NCBI GenBank assembly: GCA_964057225.1
Contig: OZ059896.1
Span: forward strand, 3,658,001 to 3,722,000
From: Auanema rhodensis
Taxonomy: Eukaryota > Animalia > Nematoda
Length of the DNA: 64,000 bases
Direction: 5' to 3'
The notes under the pieces are model-generated. The model worked only from the letters and a program-made list of their open reading frames with translations. It had not been told where the DNA came from and did not search any database. Of the stretch, positions 46,301 through 59,122 are shown piece by piece. The translations under genes were made by a program, and so were the position numbers. Within the stretch, counting starts at the first letter, position 1. Each line of letters starts with the position of its first letter.

Positions 46301-49300
46301 GTTACCATGAACCAATATCAATAAAAATTTGTTTTTAGACTAATATGGACATGGGGAATCTAATTTTGAAAATCGCATCTCTTTATCTTTCACGTGAAGC
46401 GAGTTACATATAAAGTGCACATCACGTGTACATTTAATTAGCATAAATTAAAGTTCACGTAAATTTCAAAGTCATGGTTACCATGCACCAATATCAATAA
46501 AAATTCGTTTTTAGACTAATTTGGACATGGGGAATCTAATTTTGAAAACCGCATCTCTTTATCTTTCACGTGAAGCGAGTTACATACCGAGTGCACATCA
46601 CGTGTACATTTAATTAGCATAAATTAAAGTTCACGTAAATTTCAAAGTCATGGTTACCATGAACCAATATCAATAAAAATTTGTTTTTAGACTAATATGG
46701 ACATGGGGAATCTAATTTTGGAAACCGCATCTCTTTATTTTTCACGTGAAGCGAGTTACATACCAAGTGCACATCACGTGTACATTTAATTAGCATAAAT
46801 TAAAGTTCACGTAAATTTCAAAGTCATGGTTACCATGCACCAATATCAATAAAAATTTGTTTTTAGACTAATATGGACATGGGGAATCTAATTTTGAAAA
46901 TCGCATCTCTTTATCTTTCACGTGAAGCGAGTTACATACCAAGTGCACATCACGTGTACATTTAATTAGCATAAATTAAAGTTCACGTAAATTTCAAAGT
47001 CATGGTTACCATGAACCAATATCAATAAAAATTTGTTTTTAGACTAATATGGACATGGGGAATCTAATTTTGAAAATCGCATCTCTTTATCTTTCACGTG
47101 AAGCGAGTTACATATAAAGTGCACATCACGTGTACATTTAATTAGCATAAATTAAAGTTCACGTAAATTTCAAAGTCATGGTTACCATGCACCAATATTA
47201 ATAAAAATTTGTTTTTAGATTAATTTGGACATGGGGAATCTAATTTTGAAAACCGCATCTCTTTATCTTTCACGTGAAGCGAGTTACATACCGAGTGCAC
47301 ATCACGTGTACATTTAATTAGCATAAATTAAAGTTCACGTAAATTTCAAAGTCATGGTTACCATGAACCAATATCAATAAAAATTTGTTTTTAGACTAAT
47401 ATGGACATGGGGAATCTAATTTTGGAAACCGCATCTCTTTATTTTTCACGTGAAGCGAGTTACATACCAAGTGCACATCACGTGTACATTTAATTAGCAT
47501 AAATTAAAGTTCACGTAAATTTCAAAGTCATGGTTACCATGCACCAATATTAATAAAAATTTGTTTTTAGATTAATTTGGACATGGGGAATCTAATTTTG
47601 AAAACCGCATCTCTTTATCTTTCACGTGAAGCGAGTTACATACCGAGTGCACATCACGTGTACATTTAATTAGCATAAATTAAAGTTCACGTAAATTTCA
47701 AAGTCATGGTTACCATGAACCAATATCAATAAAAATTTGTTTTTAGACTAATATGGACATGGGGAATCTAATTTTGGAAACCGCATCTCTTTATTTTTCA
47801 CGTGAAGCGAGTTACATACCAAGTGCACATCACGTGTACATTTAATTAGCATAAATTAAAGTTCACGTAAATTTCAAAGTCATGGTTACCATGCACCAAT
47901 ATCAATAAAAATTTGTTTTTAGACTAATATGGACATGGGGAATCTAATTTTGAAAATCGCATCTCTTTATCTTTCACGTGAAGCGAGTTACATACCAAGT
48001 GCACATCACGTGTACATTTAATTAGCATAAATTAAAGTTCACGTAAATTTCAAAGTCATGGTTACCATGAACCAATATCAATAAAAATTTGTTTTTAGAC
48101 TAATATGGACATGGGGAATCTAATTTTGAAAATCGCATCTCTTTATCTTTCACGTGAAGCGAGTTACATATAAAGTGCACATCACGTGTACATTTAATTA
48201 GCATAAATTAAAGTTCACGTAAATTTCAAAGTCATGGTTACCATGCACCAATATTAATAAAAATTTGTTTTTAGATTAATATGGACATGGGGAATCTAAT
48301 TTTGAAAACCGCATCTCTTTATCTTTCACGTGAAGCGAGTTACATACCAAGTGCACATCACGTGTACACTTAATTAGCATAAATTAAAGTTCACGTAAAT
48401 TTCAAAGTCATGGTTACCATGCACCAATATCAATAAAAATTGGTTTTTAGACTAATATGGACATGGGGAATCTAATTTTGAAAACCGCATCTCTTTATCT
48501 TTCACGTGAAGCGAGTTACATACCGAGTGCACATCACGTGTACATTTAATTAGCATAAATTAAAGTTCACGTAAATTTCAAAGTCATGGTTACCATGAAC
48601 CAATATCAATAAAAATTTGTTTTTAGACTAATATAGACATGGGGAATCTAATTTTGGAAACCGCATCTCTTTATTTTTCACGTGAAGCGAGTTACATACC
48701 AAGTGCACATCACGTGTACATTTAATTAGCATAAATTAAAGTTCACGTAAATTTCAAAGTCATGGTTACCATGCACCAATATCAATAAAAATTTGTTTTT
48801 AGACTAATATGGACATGGGGAATCTAATTTTGAAAATCGCATCTCTTTATCTTTCACGTGAAGCGAGTTACATACCAAGTGCACATCACGTGTACATTTA
48901 ATTAGCATAAATTAAAGTTCACGTAAATTTCAAAGTCATGGTTACCATGCACCAATATTAATAAAAATTTGTTTTTAGATTAATATGGACATGGGGAATC
49001 TAATTTTGAAAACCGCATCTCTTTATCTTTCACGTGAAGCGAGTTACATACCGAGTGCACATCACGTGTACATTTAATTAGCATAAATTAAAGTTCACGT
49101 AAATTTCAAAGTCATGGTTACCATGAACCAATATTAATAAAAATTTGTTTTTAGACTAATATGGACATGGGGAATCTAATTTTGGAAACCGCATCTCTTT
49201 ATTTTTCACGTGAAGCGAGTTACATACCAAGTGCACATCACGTGTACATTTAATTAGCATAAATTAAAGTTCACGTAAATTTCAAAGTCATGGTTACCAT

Positions 49301-52300
49301 GCACCAATATCAATAAAAATTTGTTTTTAGACTAATATGGACATGGGGAATCTAATTTTGAAAATCGCATCTCTTTATCTTTCACGTGAAGCGAGTTACA
49401 TACCAAGTGCACATCACGTGTACATTTAATTAGCATAAATTAAAGTTCACGTAAATTTCAAAGTCATGGTTACCATGAACCAATATCAATAAAAATTTGT
49501 TTTTAGACTAATATGGACATGGGGAATCTAATTTTGAAAATCGCATCTCTTTATCTTTCACGTGAAGCGAGTTACATATAAAGTGCACATCACGTGTACA
49601 TTTAATTAGCATAAATTAAAGTTCACGTAAATTTCAAAGTCATGGTTACCATGCACCAATATTAATAAAAATTTGTTTTTAGATTAATATGGACATGGGG
49701 AATCTAATTTTGAAAACCGCATCTCTTTATCTTTCACGTGAAGCGAGTTACATACCAAGTGCACATCACGTGTACATTTAATTAGCATAAATTAAAGTTC
49801 ACGTAAATTTCAAAGTCATGGTTACCATGCACCAATATCAATAAAAATTCGTTTTTAGACTAATTTGGACATGGGGAATCTAATTTTGAAAACCGCATCT
49901 CTTTATCTTTCACGTGAAGCGAGTTACATACCGAGTGCACATCACGTGTACATTTAATTAGCATAAATTAAAGTTCACGTAAATTTCAAAGTCATGGTTA
50001 CCATGAACCAATATCAATAAAAATTTGTTTTTAGACTAATATGGACATGGGGAATCTAATTTTGGAAACCGCATCTCTTTATTTTTCACGTGAAGCGAGT
50101 TACATACCAAGTGCACATCACGTGTACATTTAATTAGCATAAATTAAAGTTCACGTAAATTTCAAAGTCATGGTTACCATGCACCAATATCAATAAAAAT
50201 TTGTTTTTAGACTAATATGGACATGGGGAATCTAATTTTGAAAATCGCATCTCTTTATCTTTCACGTGAAGCGAGTTACATACCAAGTGCACATCACGTG
50301 TACATTTAATTAGCATAAATTAAAGTTCACGTAAATTTCAAAGTCATGGTTACCATGAACCAATATCAATAAAAATTTGTTTTTAGACTAATATGGACAT
50401 GGGGAATCTAATTTTGAAAACCGCATCTCTTTATCTTTCACGTGAAGCGAGTTACATACCAAGTGCACATCACGTGTACATTTAATTAGCATAAATTAAA
50501 GTTCACGTAAATTTCAAAGTCATGGTTACCATGCACCAATATTAATAAAAATTTGTTTTTAGATTAATATGGACATGGGGAATTTAATTTTGAAAACCGC
50601 ATCTCTTTATCTTTCACGTGAAGCGAGTTACATACCAAGTGCACATCACGTGTACATTTAATTAGCATAAATTAAAGTTCACGTAAATTTCAAAGTCATG
50701 GTTACCATGCACCAATATTAATAAAAATTTGTTTTTAGATTAATATGGACATGGGGAATCTAATTTTGAAAACCGCATCTCTTTATCTTTCACGTGAAGC
50801 GAGTTACATACCAAGTGCACATCACGTGTACATTTAATTAGCATAAATTAAAGTTCACGTAAATTTCAAAGTCATGGTTACCATGCACCAATATCAATAA
50901 AAATTCGTTTTTAGACTAATTTGGACATGGGGAATCTAATTTTGAAAACCGCATCTCTTTATCTTTCACGTGAAGCGAGTTACATACCGAGTGCACATCA
51001 CGTGTACATTTAATTAGCATAAATTAAAGTTCACGTAAATTTCAAAGTCATGGTTACCATGAACCAATATCAATAAAAATTTGTTTTTAGACTAATATGG
51101 ACATGGGGAATCTAATTTTGGAAACCGCATCTCTTTATTTTTCACGTGAAGCGAGTTACATACCAAGTGCACATCACGTGTACATTTAATTAGCATAAAT
51201 TAAAGTTCACGTAAATTTCAAAGTCATGGTTACCATGCACCAATATCAATAAAAATTTGTTTTTAGACTAATATGGACATGGGGAATCTAATTTTGAAAA
51301 TCGCATCTCTTTATCTTTCACGTGAAGCGAGTTACATACCAAGTGCACATCACGTGTACATTTAATTAGCATAAATTAAAGTTCACGTAAATTTCAAAGT
51401 CATGGTTACCATGAACCAATATCAATAAAAATTTGTTTTTAGACTAATATGGACATGGGGAATCTAATTTTGAAAATCGCATCTCTTTATCTTTCACGTG
51501 AAGCGAGTTACATATAAAGTGCACATCACGTGTACATTTAATTAGCATAAATTAAAGTTCACGTAAATTTCAAAGTCATGGTTACCATGCACCAATATTA
51601 ATAAAAATTTGTTTTTAGATTAATATGGACATGGGGAATCTAATTTTGAAAACCGCATCTCTTTATCTTTCACGTGAAGCGAGTTACATACCAAGTGCAC
51701 ATCACGTGTACACTTAATTAGCATAAATTAAAGTTCACGTAAATTTCAAAGTCATGGTTACCATGCACCAATATCAATAAAAATTGGTTTTTAGACTAAT
51801 ATGGACATGGGGAATCTAATTTTGAAAACCGCATCTCTTTATCTTTCACGTGAAGCGAGTTACATACCGAGTGCACATCACGTGTACATTTAATTAGCAT
51901 AAATTAAAGTTCACGTAAATTTCAAAGTCATGGTTACCATGAACCAATATCAATAAAAATTTGTTTTTAGACTAATATAGACATGGGGAATCTAATTTTG
52001 GAAACCGCATCTCTTTATTTTTCACGTGAAGCGAGTTACATACCAAGTGCACATCACGTGTACATTTAATTAGCATAAATTAAAGTTCACGTAAATTTCA
52101 AAGTCATGGTTACCATGCACCAATATCAATAAAAATTTGTTTTTAGACTAATATGGACATGGGGAATCTAATTTTGAAAATCGCATCTCTTTATCTTTCA
52201 CGTGAAGCGAGTTACATACCAAGTGCACATCACGTGTACATTTAATTAGCATAAATTAAAGTTCACGTAAATTTCAAAGTCATGGTTACCATGCACCAAT

Positions 52301-55300
52301 ATTAATAAAAATTTGTTTTTAGATTAATATGGACATGGGGAATCTAATTTTGAAAACCGCATCTCTTTATCTTTCACGTGAAGCGAGTTACATACCGAGT
52401 GCACATCACGTGTACATTTAATTAGCATAAATTAAAGTTCACGTAAATTTCAAAGTCATGGTTACCATGAACCAATATTAATAAAAATTTGTTTTTAGAC
52501 TAATATGGACATGGGGAATCTAATTTTGGAAACCGCATCTCTTTATTTTTCACGTGAAGCGAGTTACATACCAAGTGCACATCACGTGTACATTTAATTA
52601 GCATAAATTAAAGTTCACGTAAATTTCAAAGTCATGGTTACCATGCACCAATATCAATAAAAATTTGTTTTTAGACTAATATGGACATGGGGAATCTAAT
52701 TTTGAAAATCGCATCTCTTTATCTTTCACGTGAAGCGAGTTACATACCAAGTGCACATCACGTGTACATTTAATTAGCATAAATTAAAGTTCACGTAAAT
52801 TTCAAAGTCATGGTTACCATGAACCAATATCAATAAAAATTTGTTTTTAGACTAATATGGACATGGGGAATCTAATTGTGAAAATCGCATCTCTTTATCT
52901 TTCACGTGAAGCGAGTTACATATAAAGTGCACATCACGTGTACATTTAATTAGCATAAATTAAAGTTCACGTAAATTTCAAAGTCATGGTTACCATGCAC
53001 CAATATTAATAAAAATTTGTTTTTAGATTAATATGGACATGGGGAATCTAATTTTGAAAACCGCATCTCTTTATCTTTCACGTGAAGCGAGTTACATACC
53101 AAGTGCACATCACGTGTACACTTAATTAGCATAAATTAAAGTTCACGTAAATTTCAAAGTCATGGTTACCATGAACCAATATCAATAAAAATTTGTTTTT
53201 AGACTAATATGGACATGGGGAATCTAATTTTGAAAATCGCATCTCTTTATCTTTCACGTGAAGCGAGTTACATATAAAGTGCACATCACGAGTACATTTA
53301 ATTAGCATAAATTAAAGTTCACGTAAATTTCAAAGTCATGGTTACCATGCACCAATATCAATAAAAATTTGTTTTTAGACTAATATGGACATGGGGAATC
53401 TAATTTTGAAAATCGCATCTCTTTATCTTTCACGTGAAGCGAGTTACATACCAAGTGCACATCACGTGTACATTTAATTAGCATAAATTAAAGTTCACGT
53501 AAATTTCAAAGTCATGGTTACCATGAACCAATATCAATAAAAATTTGTTTTTAAACTAATATGGACATGGGGAATCTAATTTTGAAAACCGCATCTCTTT
53601 ATCTTTCACGTGAAGCGAGTTACATACCAAGTGCACATCACGTGTACATTTAATTAGCATAAATTAAAGTTCACGTAAATTTCAAAGTCATGGTTACCAT
53701 GCACCAATATTAATAAAAATTTGTTTTTAGATTAATATGGACATGGGGAATCTAATTTTGAAAACCGCATCTCTTTATCTTTCACGTGAAGCGAGTTACA
53801 TACCAAGTGCACATCACGTGTACACTTAATTAGCATAAATTAAAGTTCACGTAAATTTCAAAGTCATGGTTACCATGAACCAATATCAATAAAAATTTGT
53901 TTTTAGACTAATATGGACATGGGGAATCTAATTTTGAAAATCGCATCTCTTTATCTTTCACGTGAAGCGAGTTACATATAAAGTGCACATCACGTGTACA
54001 TTTAATTAGCATAAATTAAAGTTCACGTAAATTTCAAAGTCATGGTTACCATGCACCAATATTAATAAAAATTTGTTTTTAGATTAATATGGACATGGGG
54101 AATTTAATTTTGAAAACCGCATCTCTTTATCTTTCACGTGAAGCGAGTTACATACCAAGTGCACATCACGTGTACATTTAATTAGCATAAATTAAAGTTC
54201 ACGTAAATTTCAAAGTCATGGTTACCATGAACCAATATCAATAAAAATTTGTTTTTAGACTAATATGGACATGGGGAATCTAATTTTGGAAACCGCATCT
54301 CTTTATTTTTCACGTGAAGCGAGTTACATACCAAGTGCACATCACGTGTACATTTAATTAGCATAAATTAAAGTTCACGTAAATTTCAAAGTCATGGTTA
54401 CCATGAACCAATATCAATAAAAATTTGTTTTTAGACTAATATGGACATGGGGAATCTAATTTTGAAAATCGCATCTCTTTATCTTTCACGTGAAGCGAGT
54501 TACATATAAAGTGCACATCACGTGTACATTTAATTAGCATAAATTAAAGTTCACGTAAATTTCAAAGTCATGGTTACCATGCACCAATATTAATAAAAAT
54601 TTGTTTTTAGATTAATATGGACATGGGGAATCTAATTTTGAAAACCGCATCTCTTTATCTTTCACGTGAAGCGAGTTACATACCGAGTGCACATCACGTG
54701 TACATTTAATTAGCATAAATTAAAGTTCACGTAAATTTCAAAGTCATGGTTACCATGAACCAATATCAATAAAAATTTGTTTTTAGACTAATATGGACAT
54801 GGGGAATCTAATTTTGGAAACCGCATCTCTTTATTTTTCACGTGAAGCGAGTTACATACCAAGTGCACATCACGTGTACATTTAATTAGCATAAATTAAA
54901 GTTCACGTAAATTTCAAAGTCATGGTTACCATGCACCAATATCAATAAAAATTTGTTTTTAGACTAATATGGACATGGGGAATCTAATTTTGAAAATCGC
55001 ATCTCTTTATCTTTCACGTGAAGCGAGTTACATACCAAGTGCACATCACGTGTACATTTAATTAGCATAAATTAAAGTTCACGTAAATTTCAAAGTCATG
55101 GTTACCATGAACCAATATCAATAAAAATTTGTTTTTAGACTAATATGGACATGGGGAATCTAATTGTGAAAATCGCATCTCTTTATCTTTCACGTGAAGC
55201 GAGTTACATATAAAGTGCACATCACGTGTACATTTAATTAGCATAAATTAAAGTTCACGTAAATTTCAAAGTCATGGTTACCATGCACCAATATTAATGA

Positions 55301-58300
55301 AAATTTGTTTTTAGATTAATATGGACATGGGGAATCTAATTTTGAAAACCGCATCTCTTTATCTTTCACGTGAAGCGAGTTACATACCAAGTGCACATCA
55401 CGTGTACACTTAATTAGCATAAATTAAAGTTCACGTAAATTTCAAAGTCATGGTTACCATGAACCAATATCAATAAAAATTTGTTTTTAGACTAATATGG
55501 ACATGGGGAATCTAATTTTGAAAATCGCATCTCTTTATCTTTCACGTGAAGCGAGTTACATATAAAGTGCACATCACGTGTACATTTAATTAGCATAAAT
55601 TAAAGTTCACGTAAATTTCAAAGTCATGGTTACCATGCACCAATATTAATAAAAATTTGTTTTTAGATTAATATGGACATGGGGAATTTAATTTTGAAAA
55701 CCGCATCTCTTTATCTTTCACGTGAAGCGAGTTACATACCAAGTGCACATCACGTGTACATTTAATTAGCATAAATTAAAGTTCACGTAAATTTCAAAGT
55801 CATGGTTACCATGAACCAATATCAATAAAAATTTGTTTTTAGACTAATATGGACATGGGGAATCTAATTTTGGAAACCGCATCTCTTTATTTTTCACGTG
55901 AAGCGAGTTACATACCAAGTGCACATCACGTGTACATTTAATTAGCATAAATTAAAGTTCACGTAAATTTCAAAGTCATGGTTACCATGCACCAATATCA
56001 ATAAAAATTTGTTTTTAGACTAATATGGACATGGGGAATCTAATTTTGAAAATCGCATCTCTTTATCTTTCACGTGAAGCGAGTTACATACCAAGTGCAC
56101 ATCACGTGTACATTTAATTAGCATAAATTAAAGTTCACGTAAATTTCAAAGTCATGGTTACCATGAACCAATATCAATAAAAATTTGTTTTTAGACTAAT
56201 ATGGACATGGGGAATCTAATTTTGAAAATCGCATCTCTTTATCTTTCACGTGAAGCGAGTTACATATAAAGTGCACATCACGTGTACATTTAATTAGCAT
56301 AAATTAAAGTTCACGTAAATTTCAAAGTCATGGTTACCATGCACCAATATTAATAAAAATTTGTTTTTAGATTAATATGGACATGGGGAATCTAATTTTG
56401 AAAACCGCATCTCTTTATCTTTCACGTGAAGCGAGTTACATACCAAGTGCACATCACGTGTACACTTAATTAGCATAAATTAAAGTTCACGTAAATTTCA
56501 AAGTCATGGTTACCATGCACCAATATCAATAAAAATTGGTTTTTAGACTAATATGGACATGGGGAATCTAATTTTGAAAACCGCATCTCTTTATCTTTCA
56601 CGTGAAGCGAGTTACATACCAAGTGCACATCACGTGTACATTTAATTAGCATAAATTAAAGTTCACGTAAATTTCAAAGTCATGGTTACCATGCACCAAT
56701 ATTAATAAAAATTTGTTTTTAGATTAATATGGACATGGGGAATCTAATTTTGAAAACCGCATCTCTTTATCTTTCACGTGAAGCGAGTTACATACCAAGT
56801 GCACATCACGTGTACATTTAATTAGCATAAATTAAAGTTCACGTAAATTTCAAAGTCATGGTTACCATGAACCAATATCAATAAAAATTTGTTTTTAGAC
56901 TAATATGGACATGGGGAATCTAATTTTGAAAATCGCATCTCTTTATCTTTCACGTGAAGCGAGTTACATATAAAGTGCACATCACGTGTACATTTAATTA
57001 GCATAAATTAAAGTTCACGTAAATTTCAAAGTCATGGTTACCATGCACCAATATTAATAAAAATTTGTTTTTAGATTAATATGGACATGGGGAATCTAAT
57101 TTTGAAAACCGCATCTCTTTATCTTTCACGTGAAGCGAGTTACATACCAAGTGCACATCACGTGTACATTTAATTAGCATAAATTAAAGTTCACGTAAAT
57201 TTCAAAGTCATGGTTACCATGCACCAATATCAATAAAAATTCGTTTTTAGACTAATTTGGACATGGGGAATCTAATTTTGAAAACCGCATCTCTTTATCT
57301 TTCACGTGAAGCGAGTTACATACCGAGTGCACATCACGTGTACATTTAATTAGCATAAATTAAAGTTCACGTAAATTTCAAAGTCATGGTTACCATGAAC
57401 CAATATCAATAAAAATTTGTTTTTAGACTAATATGGACATGGGGAATCTAATTTTGGAAACCGCATCTCTTTATTTTTCACGTGAAGCGAGTTACATACC
57501 AAGTGCACATCACGTGTACATTTAAATAGCATAAATTAAAGTTCACGTAAATTTCAAAGTCATGGTTACCATGCACCAATATCAATAAAAATTTGTTTTT
57601 AGACTAATATGGACATGGGGAATCTAATTTTGAAAATTGCATCTCTTTATCTTTCACGTGAAGCGAGTTACATACCAAGTGCACATCACGTGTACATTTA
57701 ATTAGCATAAATTAAAGTTCACGTAAATTTCAAAGTCATGGTTACCATGAACCAATATCAATAAAAATTTGTTTTTAGACTAATATGGACATGGGGAATC
57801 TAATTTTGAAAATCGCATCTCTTTATCTTTCACGTGAAGGGAGTTACATATAAAGTGCACATCACGTGTACATTTAATTAGCATAAATTAAAGTTCACGT
57901 AAATTTCAAAGTCATGGTTACCATGCACCAATATTAATAAAAATATGTTTTTAGATTAATATGGACATGGGGAATCTAATTTTGAAAACCGCATCTCTTT
58001 ATCTTTCACGTGAAGCGAGTTACATACCAAGTGCACATCACGTGTACACTTAATTAGCATAAATTAAAGTTCACGTAAATTTCAAAGTCATGGTTACCAT
58101 GCACCAATATCAATAAAAATTGGTTTTTAGACTAATATGGACATGGGGAATCTAATTTTGAAAACCGCATCTCTTTATCTTTCACGTGAAGCGAGTTAAA
58201 TATCAAGTGCACATCACGTGTACATTTAATTAGCATAAATTAAAGTTCACGTAAATTTCAAAGTCATGGTTACCATGCACCAATATCAATAAAAATTTGT

Positions 58301-59115
58301 TTTTAGACTAATTTGGACATGGGGAATCTAATTTTGAAAACCGCATCTCTTTATCTTTCAAGTGAAGCGAGTTACATACCAAGTGCACATCACGTGTACA
58401 CTTAATTAGCATAAATTAAAGTTCACGTAAATTTCAAAGTCATGGTTACCATGCACCAATATCAATAAAAATTGGTTTTTAGACTAATATGGACATGGGG
58501 AATCTAATTTTGAAAACCGCATCTCTTTATCTTTCACGTGAAGCGAGTTAAATATCAAGTGCACATCACGTGTACATTTAATTAGCATAAATTAAAGTTC
58601 ACGTAAATTTCAAAGTCATGGTTACCATGCACCAATATCAATAAAAATTTGTTTTTAGACTAATTTGGACATGGGGAATCTAATTTTGAAAACCGCATCT
58701 CTTTATCTTTCAAGTGAAGCGAGTTACATACCAAGTGCACATCACGTGTACATTTAATTAGCATAAATTAAAGTTCACGTAAATTTCAAAGTCATGGTTA
58801 CCATGCACCAATATTAATAAAAATTTGTTTTTAGACTAATATGGACATGGGGAATCTAATTTTGAAAACCGCATCTCTTTATCTTTCACGTGAAGCGAGT
58901 TACATATAAAGTGCACATCACGTGTACATTTAATTAGCATAAATTAAAGTTCACGTAAATTTCAAAGTCATGGTTACCATGCACCAATATTAATAAAAAT
59001 TTGTTTTTAGATTAATATGGACATGGGGAATCTAATTTTGAAAACCGCATCTCTTTATCTTTCACGTGAAGCGAGTTACATACCAAGTGCACATCACGTG
59101 TACACTTAATTAGCA

Positions 59116-59122
59116 TAAATTA
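59116..59122 (+). repeat. Target-site duplication, left copy (TAAATTA)
   Basis: Monomer positions 159-165, repeated at 60209-60215. Length is 6-7 bp depending on junction microhomology. Confidence 0.85.

Larger units (their letters stand above)
1..59122 (+). repeat. 176-bp tandem satellite array, left arm (~336 monomers; centromeric/pericentromeric-type satDNA)
   Basis: AATTTCAAAGTCATGG recurs at 1, 177, 881, 2641, 14081 (period 176). Three 175-bp monomers (T5->T4 at ~14480, ~19230, ~25741) shift the phase. Monomers differ from consensus by ~0-4 substitutions. Hand count of the consensus gives 57/176 G+C. Centromeric function is inference only. Confidence 0.99.
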
